From IMG/VR virus record IMGVR_UViG_3300036859_000099, positions 1 through 54,202 of that record: a DNA stretch of 54,202 nt; one strand, given 5' to 3'. Below the pieces are notes generated by a model, which saw only the letters and a program-made list of their open reading frames with translations, was not told the origin of the DNA and searched no databases. This document shows positions 35,235 through 44,415 of this stretch, piece by piece (within the stretch, counting starts at the first letter, position 1; every line of letters starts with the position of its first letter). Origin of the DNA: a virus. Taxonomy: Duplodnaviria > Caudoviricetes. The translations under genes were made by a program, and so were the position numbers.

Positions 35235-36044
35235 ATTCCACGCAACGGTGCCGGGGTGTTCGCCGTGCTGAACCCGATCCTGGTCGGGGCGCTCAGGTCA
35301 TCGTCCAAGGTGAACCAGGACTTCACCGACATGGGCGACGAGATCACCAACACGCTGCCGATCGATGGCCAGGCCGGCATGACCGGACAGCTCAAGGCTG
35401 CCGACGGCAGTCAGCTGCTGCCCGGCATCGGCTTCGCCAACGATACGAATACGGGCTTTCGACGCACGGGCATCGACGGCATGGCTTGGGTTGGCGGCGG
35501 ACAAGATCGCGCAACCATGGACGCGGACGGCGAGCTGGCACTGCTGGGCGCCTCCGATGTTGCCGGAGCCTTTGTGCAAAACGGCCCCTTCACAGGCACC
35601 AACGATGTCGCCGCCTTGGAAGCCCTGGCGAGCACCGGACTGACGCGACGTATCGCCGACAACACGTGGTCGCAGGATGACGGCACCACGGAAATCCCCC
35701 TGATCTGGTCGGTCGGCGGCAGCGTCCTGCCGACCGGCATCATCGCCGATATGCAAGTGCCGTTCGCTTGCACCATCACTGGCGTTGCTCTGCTGGCGGA
35801 TCAATCCGGCTCCATCGTGGTCGACATCTGGAAAGACACCTACGCCAATTATCCACCAACGGTGGCTGACACCATCACGGCGAGCGCCAAGCCGACGCTG
35901 TCGAGCGCCACGAAGTACACTGACACCACGCTCACGGGCTGGACGACAGCGCTCGCGGCTGGCGACATCTTGCGCTTCAACCTCGACAGCATCAGCACCA
36001 TCACGCGCCTGGCGATCATCCTCAAGGTGAGGCGATATCCCTGA
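35235..36044 (+). CDS. Tail fibre/adaptor protein, paralog 2 (probable ATT start)
   Basis: IPRNGAG aligns with MSRNGSG; C-terminal ~90 aa highly similar to paralog 1. Confidence 0.8.
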   Translation: MPRNGAGVFAVLNPILVGALRSSSKVNQDFTDMGDEITNTLPIDGQAGMTGQLKAADGSQLLPGIGFANDTNTGFRRTGIDGMAWVGGGQDRATMDADGELALLGASDVAGAFVQNGPFTGTNDVAALEALASTGLTRRIADNTWSQDDGTTEIPLIWSVGGSVLPTGIIADMQVPFACTITGVALLADQSGSIVVDIWKDTYANYPPTVADTITASAKPTLSSATKYTDTTLTGWTTALAAGDILRFNLDSISTITRLAIILKVRRYP

Positions 36045-37825
36045 TGTCGTCATCAACCAAAGTTCGGATCATCGCCGCCGGCACGCAATTCATCGTGCCG
36101 CTGGATTGGAACTCGGCCAACAACACCATTGAGGTCATCGGCGCCGGCGGTGGCGGTCAGACCAACAACAGTGGCGGTGGTGGCGGTGGTGGTGGCGCCT
36201 ACAGCTCGCTCTCCAATCTTGCGCTCACGCCGGGCGCGGTCGTGTTCATCAACGTCCCCGCTGGCGGCGCACTCGGCACGGCGGGCGGCGATACCTGGGT
36301 CAACAAGACCACCAACGCGGCGCCGAGCTCAGTCGCTGACGGCTGTCTTGCCAAGGGCGGCGCCGGTGCCTCGACCGTCACGGGCGGCGCCGGTGGCGCG
36401 GCGGCTTCCGGCGTGGGCACTGTCACGACCTCGGGCGGGGCCGGCGGCAACTCCGGCAACGCCGTTTCGACCGGCGGCGGCGGTGGCGGCGGCTCGGCTG
36501 CCGGTCCACATGGGGCCGGCAAGACCGGCGGCAACGGCTCCACCGACGCCAGCGGCGGCGCAGGTGGCGGGGGTGGAGGTGCGGACAACGGATCGAACGG
36601 CGCCAACGCGGTCACCACCACATTCGGAGCTGGCGGCAACAATCGGCTGGGAGCGGGCGGCGGTGCTACCAGCGGCGCCAATGGCTCGTCCGGTGGCGGC
36701 GGCGCCGGCGGCAATGGCTCCAGCGGTGGAGCCGGAGACCCCGGCGGAAACGGGTCTAGCGAGACGGTGTGGACCGATACTATCTCAGGCAGCACCGCAG
36801 GGCCTGGCTCCGGAGGTGGAGGAGGCGGCGGCTCTGACGTCAATCTGGGTAGCACCGGCGGCTCCGGCGACGCCGCCGGTGGCGGTGGCGGAGGTAGTGG
36901 TGGCGTCGGTGGTGTCGGCGCCGCCGGAGCCAGAGGCGTCATCATCCTAACCTGGACCACGGTTGTCGACGCCATCACGGTCTTTCTGACCTCGGGCAGC
37001 AGCTACGCGCTGCCGGCTGACTGGAATGCTTCGGCCAATCTCATTCACTGCATCGGCGGCGGGGCGGGGCGGAATGACAATACGGTTGATGGTCTTGGCG
37101 GTGGTGGCGGCGGCGCCTACTCGCTGAAGAGCAACGTCAACCCAACGAGCCCCGTCAGCTACGCCATCGGCGCCGCAGGCTCTGCCGGCGTGGCAGGCGG
37201 CGACACCTGGTTCAACGGCGCGTCGCTGGCGGCGTCCTCGTGCGGCGCCAAGGGCGGCGGCATCGGCAACGGTGGCACTGGCGGTGCGTCGGCATCCGGG
37301 ATCGGTGATGTCAAGCTGTCGGGCGGCAACGGTGGTGCCAATTTCCAGAACCCAGGCGCTGGCGGCGGTGGTGCGGCTGGACCCTATGGCGCCGGCAAGA
37401 ACGGTGCCGCAGGCGGCGCTAATCCGGCCGGTGGCGGCGGTGGCGGCTCACAGGGTGGTACGGCTGGCAGCAGCGGCAGCGGCGGCGTCGGCGGGCTCTC
37501 GGGAACGGCCGGCGGCGTCGCCTCGGGTGGTGCTGGATCGAACGGCTCCGGTGGCGGCGGGGGTTTTGGCGATAGCACGGCAGGTGGCGTCGGTGGCGCG
37601 GGTGCCAAGACCTGGAAGCAGACCTCGGACAATGCCACCGCTGGTCCCGGCGGTGGCGCCGGTGGCGGTGGCGGCTCGTCTGCCGGCACGCGTGGCGCCG
37701 GTGGCGCGGGCGGTCTTTACGGCGGCGCGGGTGGCGGTGGCGGATCGGGCGGCGCCGGCACGCAAGGGCTGATCGTCATCGAGTACATCACTGCCGTCAC
37801 TCTTTTTGCGGCAACCATTGGATAG
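36044..37825 (+). CDS. Glycine-rich tail tip/adhesin with internal duplication
   Basis: Two repeats of P.DWN...N.I..IG.G.G...GGAYS...GGDTW with polyglycine runs. Confidence 0.8.
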   Translation: MSSSTKVRIIAAGTQFIVPLDWNSANNTIEVIGAGGGGQTNNSGGGGGGGGAYSSLSNLALTPGAVVFINVPAGGALGTAGGDTWVNKTTNAAPSSVADGCLAKGGAGASTVTGGAGGAAASGVGTVTTSGGAGGNSGNAVSTGGGGGGGSAAGPHGAGKTGGNGSTDASGGAGGGGGGADNGSNGANAVTTTFGAGGNNRLGAGGGATSGANGSSGGGGAGGNGSSGGAGDPGGNGSSETVWTDTISGSTAGPGSGGGGGGGSDVNLGSTGGSGDAAGGGGGGSGGVGGVGAAGARGVIILTWTTVVDAITVFLTSGSSYALPADWNASANLIHCIGGGAGRNDNTVDGLGGGGGGAYSLKSNVNPTSPVSYAIGAAGSAGVAGGDTWFNGASLAASSCGAKGGGIGNGGTGGASASGIGDVKLSGGNGGANFQNPGAGGGGAAGPYGAGKNGAAGGANPAGGGGGGSQGGTAGSSGSGGVGGLSGTAGGVASGGAGSNGSGGGGGFGDSTAGGVGGAGAKTWKQTSDNATAGPGGGAGGGGGSSAGTRGAGGAGGLYGGAGGGGGSGGAGTQGLIVIEYITAVTLFAATIG

Positions 37826-37836
37826 GAGACTGACCA

Positions 37837-38739
37837 ATGGCCGCTCCAGTTGAAGGCAACGTCTGGAACCGCAACAACTCGTCGTGGCGGCGGCTGGTCG
37901 ACAGCGCCACGGTGACGTGGGACTTCGGCACCAACCACGAGGCGAAGGCCAACGCCAACGTCACGCCAGCCGACAATTCGATCACCAATGCCAAGCTGGC
38001 CGACATGGCGCAGTCGACCATCAAAGGGCGAGCGGCTGGAGCAGGCACGGGCGATCCGACAGACCTGACGGCAGCCCAAGCGACGGCCATCCTCGATGTC
38101 GTTGTCGGCGACGCCGGTGCGGGCGGCACCAAGGGGTTGGCTCCTGCGCCGGGGGCTGGAGATGCCGCAGCGGGCAAGTTCTTAAAGGCGGACGCCACGT
38201 ATGCGGTGCCCCCGGCCGGCGCACTTGTGCTCATCCAAACCCAGGCGGCAAGCGCATCGGCCCAGCTCGATTTCGAGACCGGGCTCAACGACACCTACGA
38301 CGCCTTCGAGCTGCGCTTCTCCAGCCTCGTGCCTGACACCGACCAAGTGCAATTGCAGCTTCAGGTCAAGGTTGGCGGCTCCTATCAGACGACGGGCTAC
38401 TTGGCTGGAATCTTCGCTGTCACAAGCGCCGCCAGCACTGCAGCCGGCAGCAGTACGGCGGCCATCCTGGTAAATCGCGCCAGCGATGCCGGCGGGGTTG
38501 GCAACGCGTCGGGGGAGAACATCTCTGGTGTTGCGCGCTTCAGCAACCCAGAAGGCACCACCAACCTTATGATGGTCGAGGTGCAAAGCGCACATCGAAG
38601 AGCGGATGCGGCCGGCGAAAGCGCTTTCGGCGGTGGCTTCTATAACACGGCCGGCGCGGTCACTGGCATTCGGGTGAAGTTCGACTCCGGCAACATCGCC
38701 TCGGGCCGAGTGTCACTGTACGGGCTGGCAAAGTCATGA
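37837..38739 (+). CDS. Tail fibre/receptor-binding protein
   Basis: SITNAKLADMAQSTIKGR and KGLAPAP.AGD repeats; C-terminal GIRVKFDSGNIASG..SLYGL. Confidence 0.78.
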   Translation: MAAPVEGNVWNRNNSSWRRLVDSATVTWDFGTNHEAKANANVTPADNSITNAKLADMAQSTIKGRAAGAGTGDPTDLTAAQATAILDVVVGDAGAGGTKGLAPAPGAGDAAAGKFLKADATYAVPPAGALVLIQTQAASASAQLDFETGLNDTYDAFELRFSSLVPDTDQVQLQLQVKVGGSYQTTGYLAGIFAVTSAASTAAGSSTAAILVNRASDAGGVGNASGENISGVARFSNPEGTTNLMMVEVQSAHRRADAAGESAFGGGFYNTAGAVTGIRVKFDSGNIASGRVSLYGLAKS

Positions 38740-38752
38740 GGTGGCGCGCCGA

Positions 38753-38863
38753 GGAGGAAGCGGCTGCGCGCGAACGACAGCGCAAGACACCGATGCGGTC
38801 CGGTTCCTCTTTGAGAGCGGCAACATCGCGTCCGGCGACTACGCCGTATATGGGCTGGCCTAA
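38753..38863 (+). pseudogene. Relic C-terminus of a displaced tail-fibre allele
   Basis: Reads AQDTDAVRFLFESGNIASGDYAVYGLA*, paralleling AGAVTGIRVKFDSGNIASGRVSLYGLAKS*. Confidence 0.7.
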
Positions 38864-38880
38864 AAGGAGGCAAAACCTGG

Positions 38881-39672
38881 ATGAGTGAAACACCTTGGCT
38901 CGATGACATGCTCGCCGATGTCGGCGTGCATGAAATCGCCGGGCCCAAGGCGAGCGAAAAGGTTCTCTCGTACTTCGCCGATGTCGGGCACCCGGAATGC
39001 AAGTCGGATGAGATCGCCTGGTGCGCGGCTCGAGTTGGGTCCGCGCTGAAGCGCTCCCATCTGCCGATTCCGCCCGTCAACGTCAACCTGCTGGCGCGCT
39101 CCTATCTCACCTGGGGCGTTCCTTGTGAGCCCAAGCGCGGCGCCATCGTGGTGTTTCCGCGTGGGAGCTCGACCTGGCAGGGGCACGTCGGCTGTGTGGT
39201 GGGGGTGCATGGCTCCAGGGTCCGCTACATCGCCGGCAACCAGTCGGACGCGGTCGGCTACGGCGAGGCTGCGATCTCATCCGCGCTCGGCTTCCGTTGG
39301 CCGGTCGAGGCCAGCGTGCCAGCACTGCGCAAGGCCGGCTCCACCGAGATCGCCAAGGCCGACAAGGTGCAGAACGCGGGGTGGATGGTGACGGTGGTCC
39401 CGTCGATCATCGCCGCGTTCAACTCGCTGTTCGGCAAGGTCGAGGTGCCGCAGTTCGCGGACCTGAAAGAAGGCCTGTCGTGGTGGCAGGAAATCCTGGG
39501 GGGAGCCAATGCGATTGCTGGACTCGTTTCAAGCCATCCGTGGCTTGCCGGAACGCTCATCGTCGGCGCCATCCTCGTCCTTCTCGGCCATCAGCTCAAG
39601 GCTGCGCGCGTGGCCAAGGCAAAAGCTGGCGTTCCCCTCTCTGCCCAAGTCGCAGCGCTGGGGAGTGCCTGA
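38881..39672 (+). CDS. Endolysin (TIGR02594/NlpC-P60-like) with C-terminal TM segments
   Basis: DEIAWCAA, ARSYL.WG, WQGHVG, GNQSDAV; hydrophobic C-terminus. Confidence 0.85.
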   Translation: MSETPWLDDMLADVGVHEIAGPKASEKVLSYFADVGHPECKSDEIAWCAARVGSALKRSHLPIPPVNVNLLARSYLTWGVPCEPKRGAIVVFPRGSSTWQGHVGCVVGVHGSRVRYIAGNQSDAVGYGEAAISSALGFRWPVEASVPALRKAGSTEIAKADKVQNAGWMVTVVPSIIAAFNSLFGKVEVPQFADLKEGLSWWQEILGGANAIAGLVSSHPWLAGTLIVGAILVLLGHQLKAARVAKAKAGVPLSAQVAALGSA

Positions 39673-39673
39673 G

Positions 39674-39961
39674 ATGCCGGGATCACCGATGATCTGGTTG
39701 CTGGTGATCGGGCTGCTGAGCGGCCCGGCTACCTATGGCGTGATGAAGGTGCAGGAGCTGCGCAAATGGCGGGCTGCCTATGACCAAGGCCTTGAAGCCG
39801 GCCGCGGCGCGGCGGCGGCGTCGACGGTGGCGGCAGCCACGGAGACGGCCACGGCAGAGCGCGAAGCCGAAGAGGCAACGCCGCTGCCTGCCGATCGGTC
39901 GGCTGTCAACGAGCTGTGCAAGAAGCGTGCGAGCTGCCGAGAGCGGGGGCTGATGAAATGA
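39674..39961 (+). CDS. Inner-membrane spanin (Rz-like)
   Basis: N-terminal TM plus helical periplasmic part; follows the endolysin. Confidence 0.7.
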   Translation: MPGSPMIWLLVIGLLSGPATYGVMKVQELRKWRAAYDQGLEAGRGAAAASTVAAATETATAEREAEEATPLPADRSAVNELCKKRASCRERGLMK

Positions 39962-40167
39962 CCTTCCTACGGGTATGCACCGTGTGTCTGGCGCTGGGCG
40001 GATGTTCGCTGATGCCGAAGCCGGAGGCGCAAGTCGCGATCGATACGTTCTGCCTGCAGAAGAAGCGGACGTGGAGCGTCAACGACTCCGTCGAGACAAT
40101 CCGCGAAGCGGAAGTGTGGAACGGCACCATCGATCGCCGCTGCGTGAAGAAAGGCGACAAGGCGTGA
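39958..40167 (+). CDS. Outer-membrane spanin lipoprotein (Rz1-like)
   Basis: Lipobox LALGGC; two further Cys residues. Confidence 0.75.
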   Translation: MTFLRVCTVCLALGGCSLMPKPEAQVAIDTFCLQKKRTWSVNDSVETIREAEVWNGTIDRRCVKKGDKA

Positions 40168-40332
40168 CGCTATCTGCCGCCTTCGGCTGGTCGCTTACCG
40201 TCATGGCGCTGCTGACGCTGGTGGCTACGCTGATGGTGCAGGCTAGCTAGTCGCGCGGCTCTGCGCAGCACTACATCAGGATCGCGCAGCTTTGGCCGCT
40301 TGCGGAACTCTCGGCGTACCCAAGACCAGACC

Positions 40333-40983
40333 CTATTCATAGGTGCGATCTCCAGGCATCGCTTTGACGATCCAGAGCGGCGCCCCCATGCGCTGCAGGT
40401 GCTTGCCAAGCTGGCCAATCTTCTCAATGCCCGCGCTTGCACTGTCGTGGAAGATGACTGGCGAGTTGAGCTTGTCCCTGCGCGTAGCGCAGTAGATCAC
40501 GGGCAGGGGCTGGAACGTGCAATCGGTCGCGTCGCAGACGGCGAACATCAGCGTGTTCTGATCGACGTCGCCGTACAGCGAGGCCTGGGAGGCCCAGAGG
40601 GCAGCGAACTTGCGAGCTTCTGGTGTGGGACGGATCACTAGCGTGCCGGAGCGGATGCCGCCCCACTTGGCGTGGGTCTTCTTCCGCTTGGTGCGGATGT
40701 GAAACGACACGTCGCCGCGGATACGCGAGAGCGGCTCGAGAGAGCCTCGCACTTCGCAATCGACATCCAGGAAGATGATGGCCTTGTCGGGGTTGCGCTC
40801 CATGGCTGCGAGCACCTGGCGTGGTTTCTCCATAGTGTTGATCTCCCAGCCGCCGGAGCGCTTCTCGGCCTCCACGAAATCATGTGGGGCGCCGTGCTGC
40901 TCCAGGGTCGGGCGCAGCCTATCCCACCAGCGACGGTAGTCGGGTGTATAGAAGCCACAGACGATCCACGGGTGGTCGGTCAC
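40333..40983 (-). CDS. Nucleotide-diphospho-sugar transferase (GT-A)
   Basis: GFYTPDY, KP..VL, FLDVD (DxD), SGTL, DQ, IFH..AS. Confidence 0.8.
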   Translation of the reverse strand: MTDHPWIVCGFYTPDYRRWWDRLRPTLEQHGAPHDFVEAEKRSGGWEINTMEKPRQVLAAMERNPDKAIIFLDVDCEVRGSLEPLSRIRGDVSFHIRTKRKKTHAKWGGIRSGTLVIRPTPEARKFAALWASQASLYGDVDQNTLMFAVCDATDCTFQPLPVIYCATRRDKLNSPVIFHDSASAGIEKIGQLGKHLQRMGAPLWIVKAMPGDRTYE

Positions 40984-40995
40984 GATAGATGGGGC

Positions 40996-41247
40996 TCACT
41001 TATACGTTGCTGCGGGTATCCACTTCACCGTCTCGGCGTCGTGGGCGAAAGCGGCATATCCTAGACAGCTATCCTCGTCGGGGCCGCTGTATGGACCCCA
41101 CTTGCTGTACACGTACAATTCGGCGTTCGCATCACGCGCTCTCTTGCGCAGCATTTTGATCGCCGCCGCCCGCATCCGCGCCTCGCTGTCGTAGAAGCGC
41201 GAGCAGTTGACGTTGATCTGCCGGGACTTGAACCAATAGCTCGCCAT
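40996..41247 (-). CDS. Hypothetical protein
   Basis: GAGG RBS before MASYWF. Confidence 0.55.
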   Translation of the reverse strand: MASYWFKSRQINVNCSRFYDSEARMRAAAIKMLRKRARDANAELYVYSKWGPYSGPDEDSCLGYAAFAHDAETVKWIPAATYK

Positions 41248-41254
41248 GCGGGCC

Positions 41255-41548
41255 TCAACTATTGACGGGAGCGCGGTCGCGCATGCCCGCTTCGGTTTCG
41301 CCCTCGACGATTGGCCGAAAGCGCTCTGACCGGTAGGACCATTCCTTCTCGGTCCCGTCGCTCCAGACGATTGACGGATTGGGCAGCTCAACAAGGCGCA
41401 CTCCGTAGCCATGAATATGCGGCTCGGTGTGTAATTCGCGGACCGTGTAAATCTGGCCCTCAACCAAGCGGAGCGGCATCACCTCCGCGCAGTCGTTCCG
41501 CACTGGCGCGCCGTCGATGCATACGATTTTCTGTCCCACCCTGAGCAT
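41255..41548 (-). CDS. Hypothetical protein (VGQKIVCID...RFRP)
   Basis: Phage-like small beta protein with RBS. Confidence 0.65.
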   Translation of the reverse strand: MLRVGQKIVCIDGAPVRNDCAEVMPLRLVEGQIYTVRELHTEPHIHGYGVRLVELPNPSIVWSDGTEKEWSYRSERFRPIVEGETEAGMRDRAPVNS

Positions 41549-41560
41549 GTCGGGCCTTTC

Positions 41561-41875
41561 TTACGCGTGTCCGTTCCAATCGAGACACGCTTGGTGATTC
41601 CGTTCTTCGCGGTCGTGCCGCGAACCCTCTCGAAACGGACCGTCCGCACAGCAGTCAAGACAAGTGACGTGCGGGTCGCCGCTCAGATAGAGCGCAATGT
41701 TCGGGCTGGTGCAGAACGGACAATGACGAAGCTCGACCCCATAACGGGTCTTGACTTCGGTTGCCGAACGCAGAGTATCGTGCCAAGCGCGGCGACGACC
41801 TGCGCTCCTGCCCGTCACGGAGTTAACGTGACGGAGATCGCTTGCAATCTGCTTGTACATCGGCTCGTCAGTCAT
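41561..41875 (-). CDS. Lar-like restriction-alleviation Zn-finger protein
   Basis: LRHCPFC...VTCLDC.A.GP...WN. Confidence 0.7.
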   Translation of the reverse strand: MTDEPMYKQIASDLRHVNSVTGRSAGRRRAWHDTLRSATEVKTRYGVELRHCPFCTSPNIALYLSGDPHVTCLDCCADGPFREGSRHDREERNHQACLDWNGHA

Positions 41876-41882
41876 CTGGCCT

Positions 41883-42110
41883 TCATTTACTAAGGGCGGA
41901 GCGCGCGAGCGCGTTCGCCATTTCGTTGCATTGTGCGCTATACGGATTTTCTACGTTCAACATCAGGATTGAGTGGAACAGACCACGCAAGCGCTCGATT
42001 TCGTCGGCCGCATCATTCGCCAACCGGCACACACAATTTGCATGCTCAGACGTGAACGGCTCACGGTCGCAGCCAACGTTGCGCAACCGATCGGAAAGCC
42101 CATCAGTCAT
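41883..42110 (-). CDS. Hypothetical protein
   Basis: AADEIERLR motif typical of small phage ORFs. Confidence 0.6.
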   Translation of the reverse strand: MTDGLSDRLRNVGCDREPFTSEHANCVCRLANDAADEIERLRGLFHSILMLNVENPYSAQCNEMANALARSALSK

Positions 42111-42352
42111 CGGGAGCACTCGTCACAGATCACCGTGTCGCCCGCCATTGGCACGTACACGAACCGCGTGTCCGACTTCATCTCGCCGCAGCAGTCACAC
42201 TCGCGCGGTCCCGCCGGACGGATGGGCGCCGCGTTCTGCCGGCACTTGCACTCTGCGCCGTTCCATGAGTCAGGGCCGCCCTGGCGCCAGCCGCACTTCT
42301 TGCAGTACGGACTGACCATCTTCGGATTCGGGTTGTCGGACGCGATGTCCAT
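42107..42352 (-). CDS. Cys-rich hypothetical protein
   Basis: AGAAGGAAGG RBS; several CxxC motifs. Confidence 0.55.
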   Translation of the reverse strand: MDIASDNPNPKMVSPYCKKCGWRQGGPDSWNGAECKCRQNAAPIRPAGPRECDCCGEMKSDTRFVYVPMAGDTVICDECSR

Positions 42353-42457
42353 AGCGGGCCTTCCTTCTGGTGCGGGAGACGGCATGCAGGCACCGAGTTG
42401 CCCACCGCCTCCCCCGTCCTCGGTTTCACCGCCAGACATAGGCGCATCGCTGTGGAA

Positions 42458-42489
42458 AGTCAACAACAATCCATACGACATTGTTGACA
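42458..42489. promoter_or_regulatory. Divergent promoters / inverted repeat (possible recombinase binding site)
   Basis: GTCAACAA-N14-TTGTTGAC, giving TTGACA on plus and TTGACT on minus. Confidence 0.55.
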
Positions 42490-42544
42490 AATCAGTCTTG
42501 GCCGATTAGGGTCGATCCCAGGTTGGTGAAAACTTGGGGCCGAT

Positions 42545-43138
42545 GTGCAGAAGAAAACGACGGGTAGGCTCATCGGCTACGCGCGCGTTTCGACCGAGGA
42601 CCAGGAGCTGCGCTTGCAGCTCGACGCATTGAAGGCAGCCGGATGCTGGAACGTCTACGAGGAAAAGCGGTCGGCCACGCGGGGCAAGCGCCCACAGTTG
42701 GAGCTGGCGCTGCTCGACTTGCGCCCCGGCGATACGCTGGTGGTGTGGAAGCTCGACCGCCTCGTGCGCAATGCGCGTGGTCTCTACACTCTGCTGGACC
42801 GCATCAATGCAGCCGGCGCACAGTTCAAAAGCCTGCAGGAGAACTTCGATTTCACGACGGCCATGGGGCAGTTCGTGCTCGGCATTCTCGGCCTAGTCGC
42901 GCAGCTCGAAGCGCAGATGACGGCGCAGCGCACGGCGGCCGGCATCAAGGCCATTCAGGCGCGCGGTATGCGCTACGGTGCCAAACCGAAGCTGTCAGCG
43001 GCCCGTGCGGCACGTCTGGTATCCGACCGGAAGGCTGGCGAAAAGATCGCCAAACTCGCGGTCAAGTACGGCATATCGACCGCGTCGGTGAACAACTACG
43101 TCAACCGCGCCAAGCGACGCCGGAGTAAGAAGCTGTGA
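42545..43138 (+). CDS. Serine recombinase, resolvase/invertase (Hin/Pin-type) with C-terminal HTH
   Basis: IGYARVST, RPQL, GDTLVVWKLDRL; LAVKYGISTASV HTH. Confidence 0.93.
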   Translation: MQKKTTGRLIGYARVSTEDQELRLQLDALKAAGCWNVYEEKRSATRGKRPQLELALLDLRPGDTLVVWKLDRLVRNARGLYTLLDRINAAGAQFKSLQENFDFTTAMGQFVLGILGLVAQLEAQMTAQRTAAGIKAIQARGMRYGAKPKLSAARAARLVSDRKAGEKIAKLAVKYGISTASVNNYVNRAKRRRSKKL

Positions 43139-44415
43139 TCCTTGGCCACGCCATAGCCCTTGATCCGACCGAGGCACAGGAAGCCTACTTCCGCCGCGCG
43201 TGCGGGACGGCGCGGTTCGCGTATAACTGGGCGTTGGCCGAATGGAACAGGATGCACGAGGCTGGCGAGAAGCCCAGCGCCATGAAGGTGAAGGCGGCAT
43301 GGAACGCGCACCGCAAGGCAAACCTGCCGTGGACCTACGAGGTGACGAAGTGCTGTTCGGCGCAGCCGGTGCTTGACCTCGGTCGGGCCTTCGCCAACTT
43401 CTTCCGCGATCTCAAGAAGCCCAAGGGCCAGCGCCGGGCGCGCTACCCGCAGTTCAAGAAAAAGGCCAAAAACAACGGCTTTTCGCTGTGGAACGACCAA
43501 TTCCAGCTCGACGGCGACCGCATCCGCATTCCCAAGCTCGGTTGGGTCAAGATGCACGAGGAGCTGCGCTTCGCTGGCAAGATCATGGGCGCTGCCGTCT
43601 CGCTCCAGGGCGCCCGCTGGCATGTGTCTGTGCAGGTTGAGGTAGACGACTCCACCCGCGCCCCTGCGCCGGCTGCCATCGTCGGCGTCGATCTCGGTAT
43701 ATCGGCCCTGATGACGCTCTCCCATCCCCTGCTCGATGGGCGCACCAAGATCGCCAACCCCAGCGCACGCCGCGCATGGATGAAGCGACAGCGCAAGCTC
43801 GCGCGTCGGATCAGTCGCCAGGAACTCATGCGCCGCAAGGCGAACGCCAAGACCAGCGGCCGGCAGTGGCGCCGTCGTGACGCGCTGCGCAAGCTGCATT
43901 ATCGGGTCGCCTCAATCCGCAAGGATGCGATCCACAAGGCGACCTCGCTGATCTCGGCAACCTTCTCGACTATCGTTCTCGAAGACTTGAACGTATCCGG
44001 CATGGCGAAGAACCACCGTCTTGCTGGATCGGTACTAGATGCGGCGTTCGCGGAAGCGCGGCGCCAATTCGAGTACAAGGTGGCGATGCGCGGCGGGCGT
44101 GTCGTTATCGCGGATCGGTTTCACCCGTCCTCCAAGACGTGCTCGGCTTGCCGTCACGTGCTTGCTGATCTGCCGCTGCATCGCCGTGAGTGGACATGCC
44201 CAGAATGTGGCGCGGTCCATGATCGAGATGCGAACGCGGCGCTCAATCTGGAATTGGTAGGGGCGGCTAGCCCCGAACCTCCGGCCGATGATCGGTCGGA
44301 TACGCGCGGGGAGATGGAGGCTCTGGCCGTCTCGCAAGAGACGACGAAACCACCGTCACTGAACCGCGAACTTCAACCGCCGAACCGCAGCCGATTTGCG
44401 GAACGGCATGGATAA
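43135..44415 (+). CDS. tnpB: TnpB RNA-guided nuclease with intact RuvC
   Basis: GVDLG, VLEDL, DRDANAA; Zn ribbon CSAC...CPEC. Confidence 0.93.
   Translation: MILGHAIALDPTEAQEAYFRRACGTARFAYNWALAEWNRMHEAGEKPSAMKVKAAWNAHRKANLPWTYEVTKCCSAQPVLDLGRAFANFFRDLKKPKGQRRARYPQFKKKAKNNGFSLWNDQFQLDGDRIRIPKLGWVKMHEELRFAGKIMGAAVSLQGARWHVSVQVEVDDSTRAPAPAAIVGVDLGISALMTLSHPLLDGRTKIANPSARRAWMKRQRKLARRISRQELMRRKANAKTSGRQWRRRDALRKLHYRVASIRKDAIHKATSLISATFSTIVLEDLNVSGMAKNHRLAGSVLDAAFAEARRQFEYKVAMRGGRVVIADRFHPSSKTCSACRHVLADLPLHRREWTCPECGAVHDRDANAALNLELVGAASPEPPADDRSDTRGEMEALAVSQETTKPPSLNRELQPPNRSRFAERHG

Noticed and set aside
34224-38863. Diversity-generating retroelement or invertible tail cassette
   Set aside because: No reverse transcriptase is present, paralog differences are not adenine-specific, and I saw no inverted crossover sites around the tail genes.
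42545-44415. Canonical IS607 element
   Set aside because: The recombinase domain order is resolvase/invertase-type, and no IS607-like left-end repeat array could be identified.
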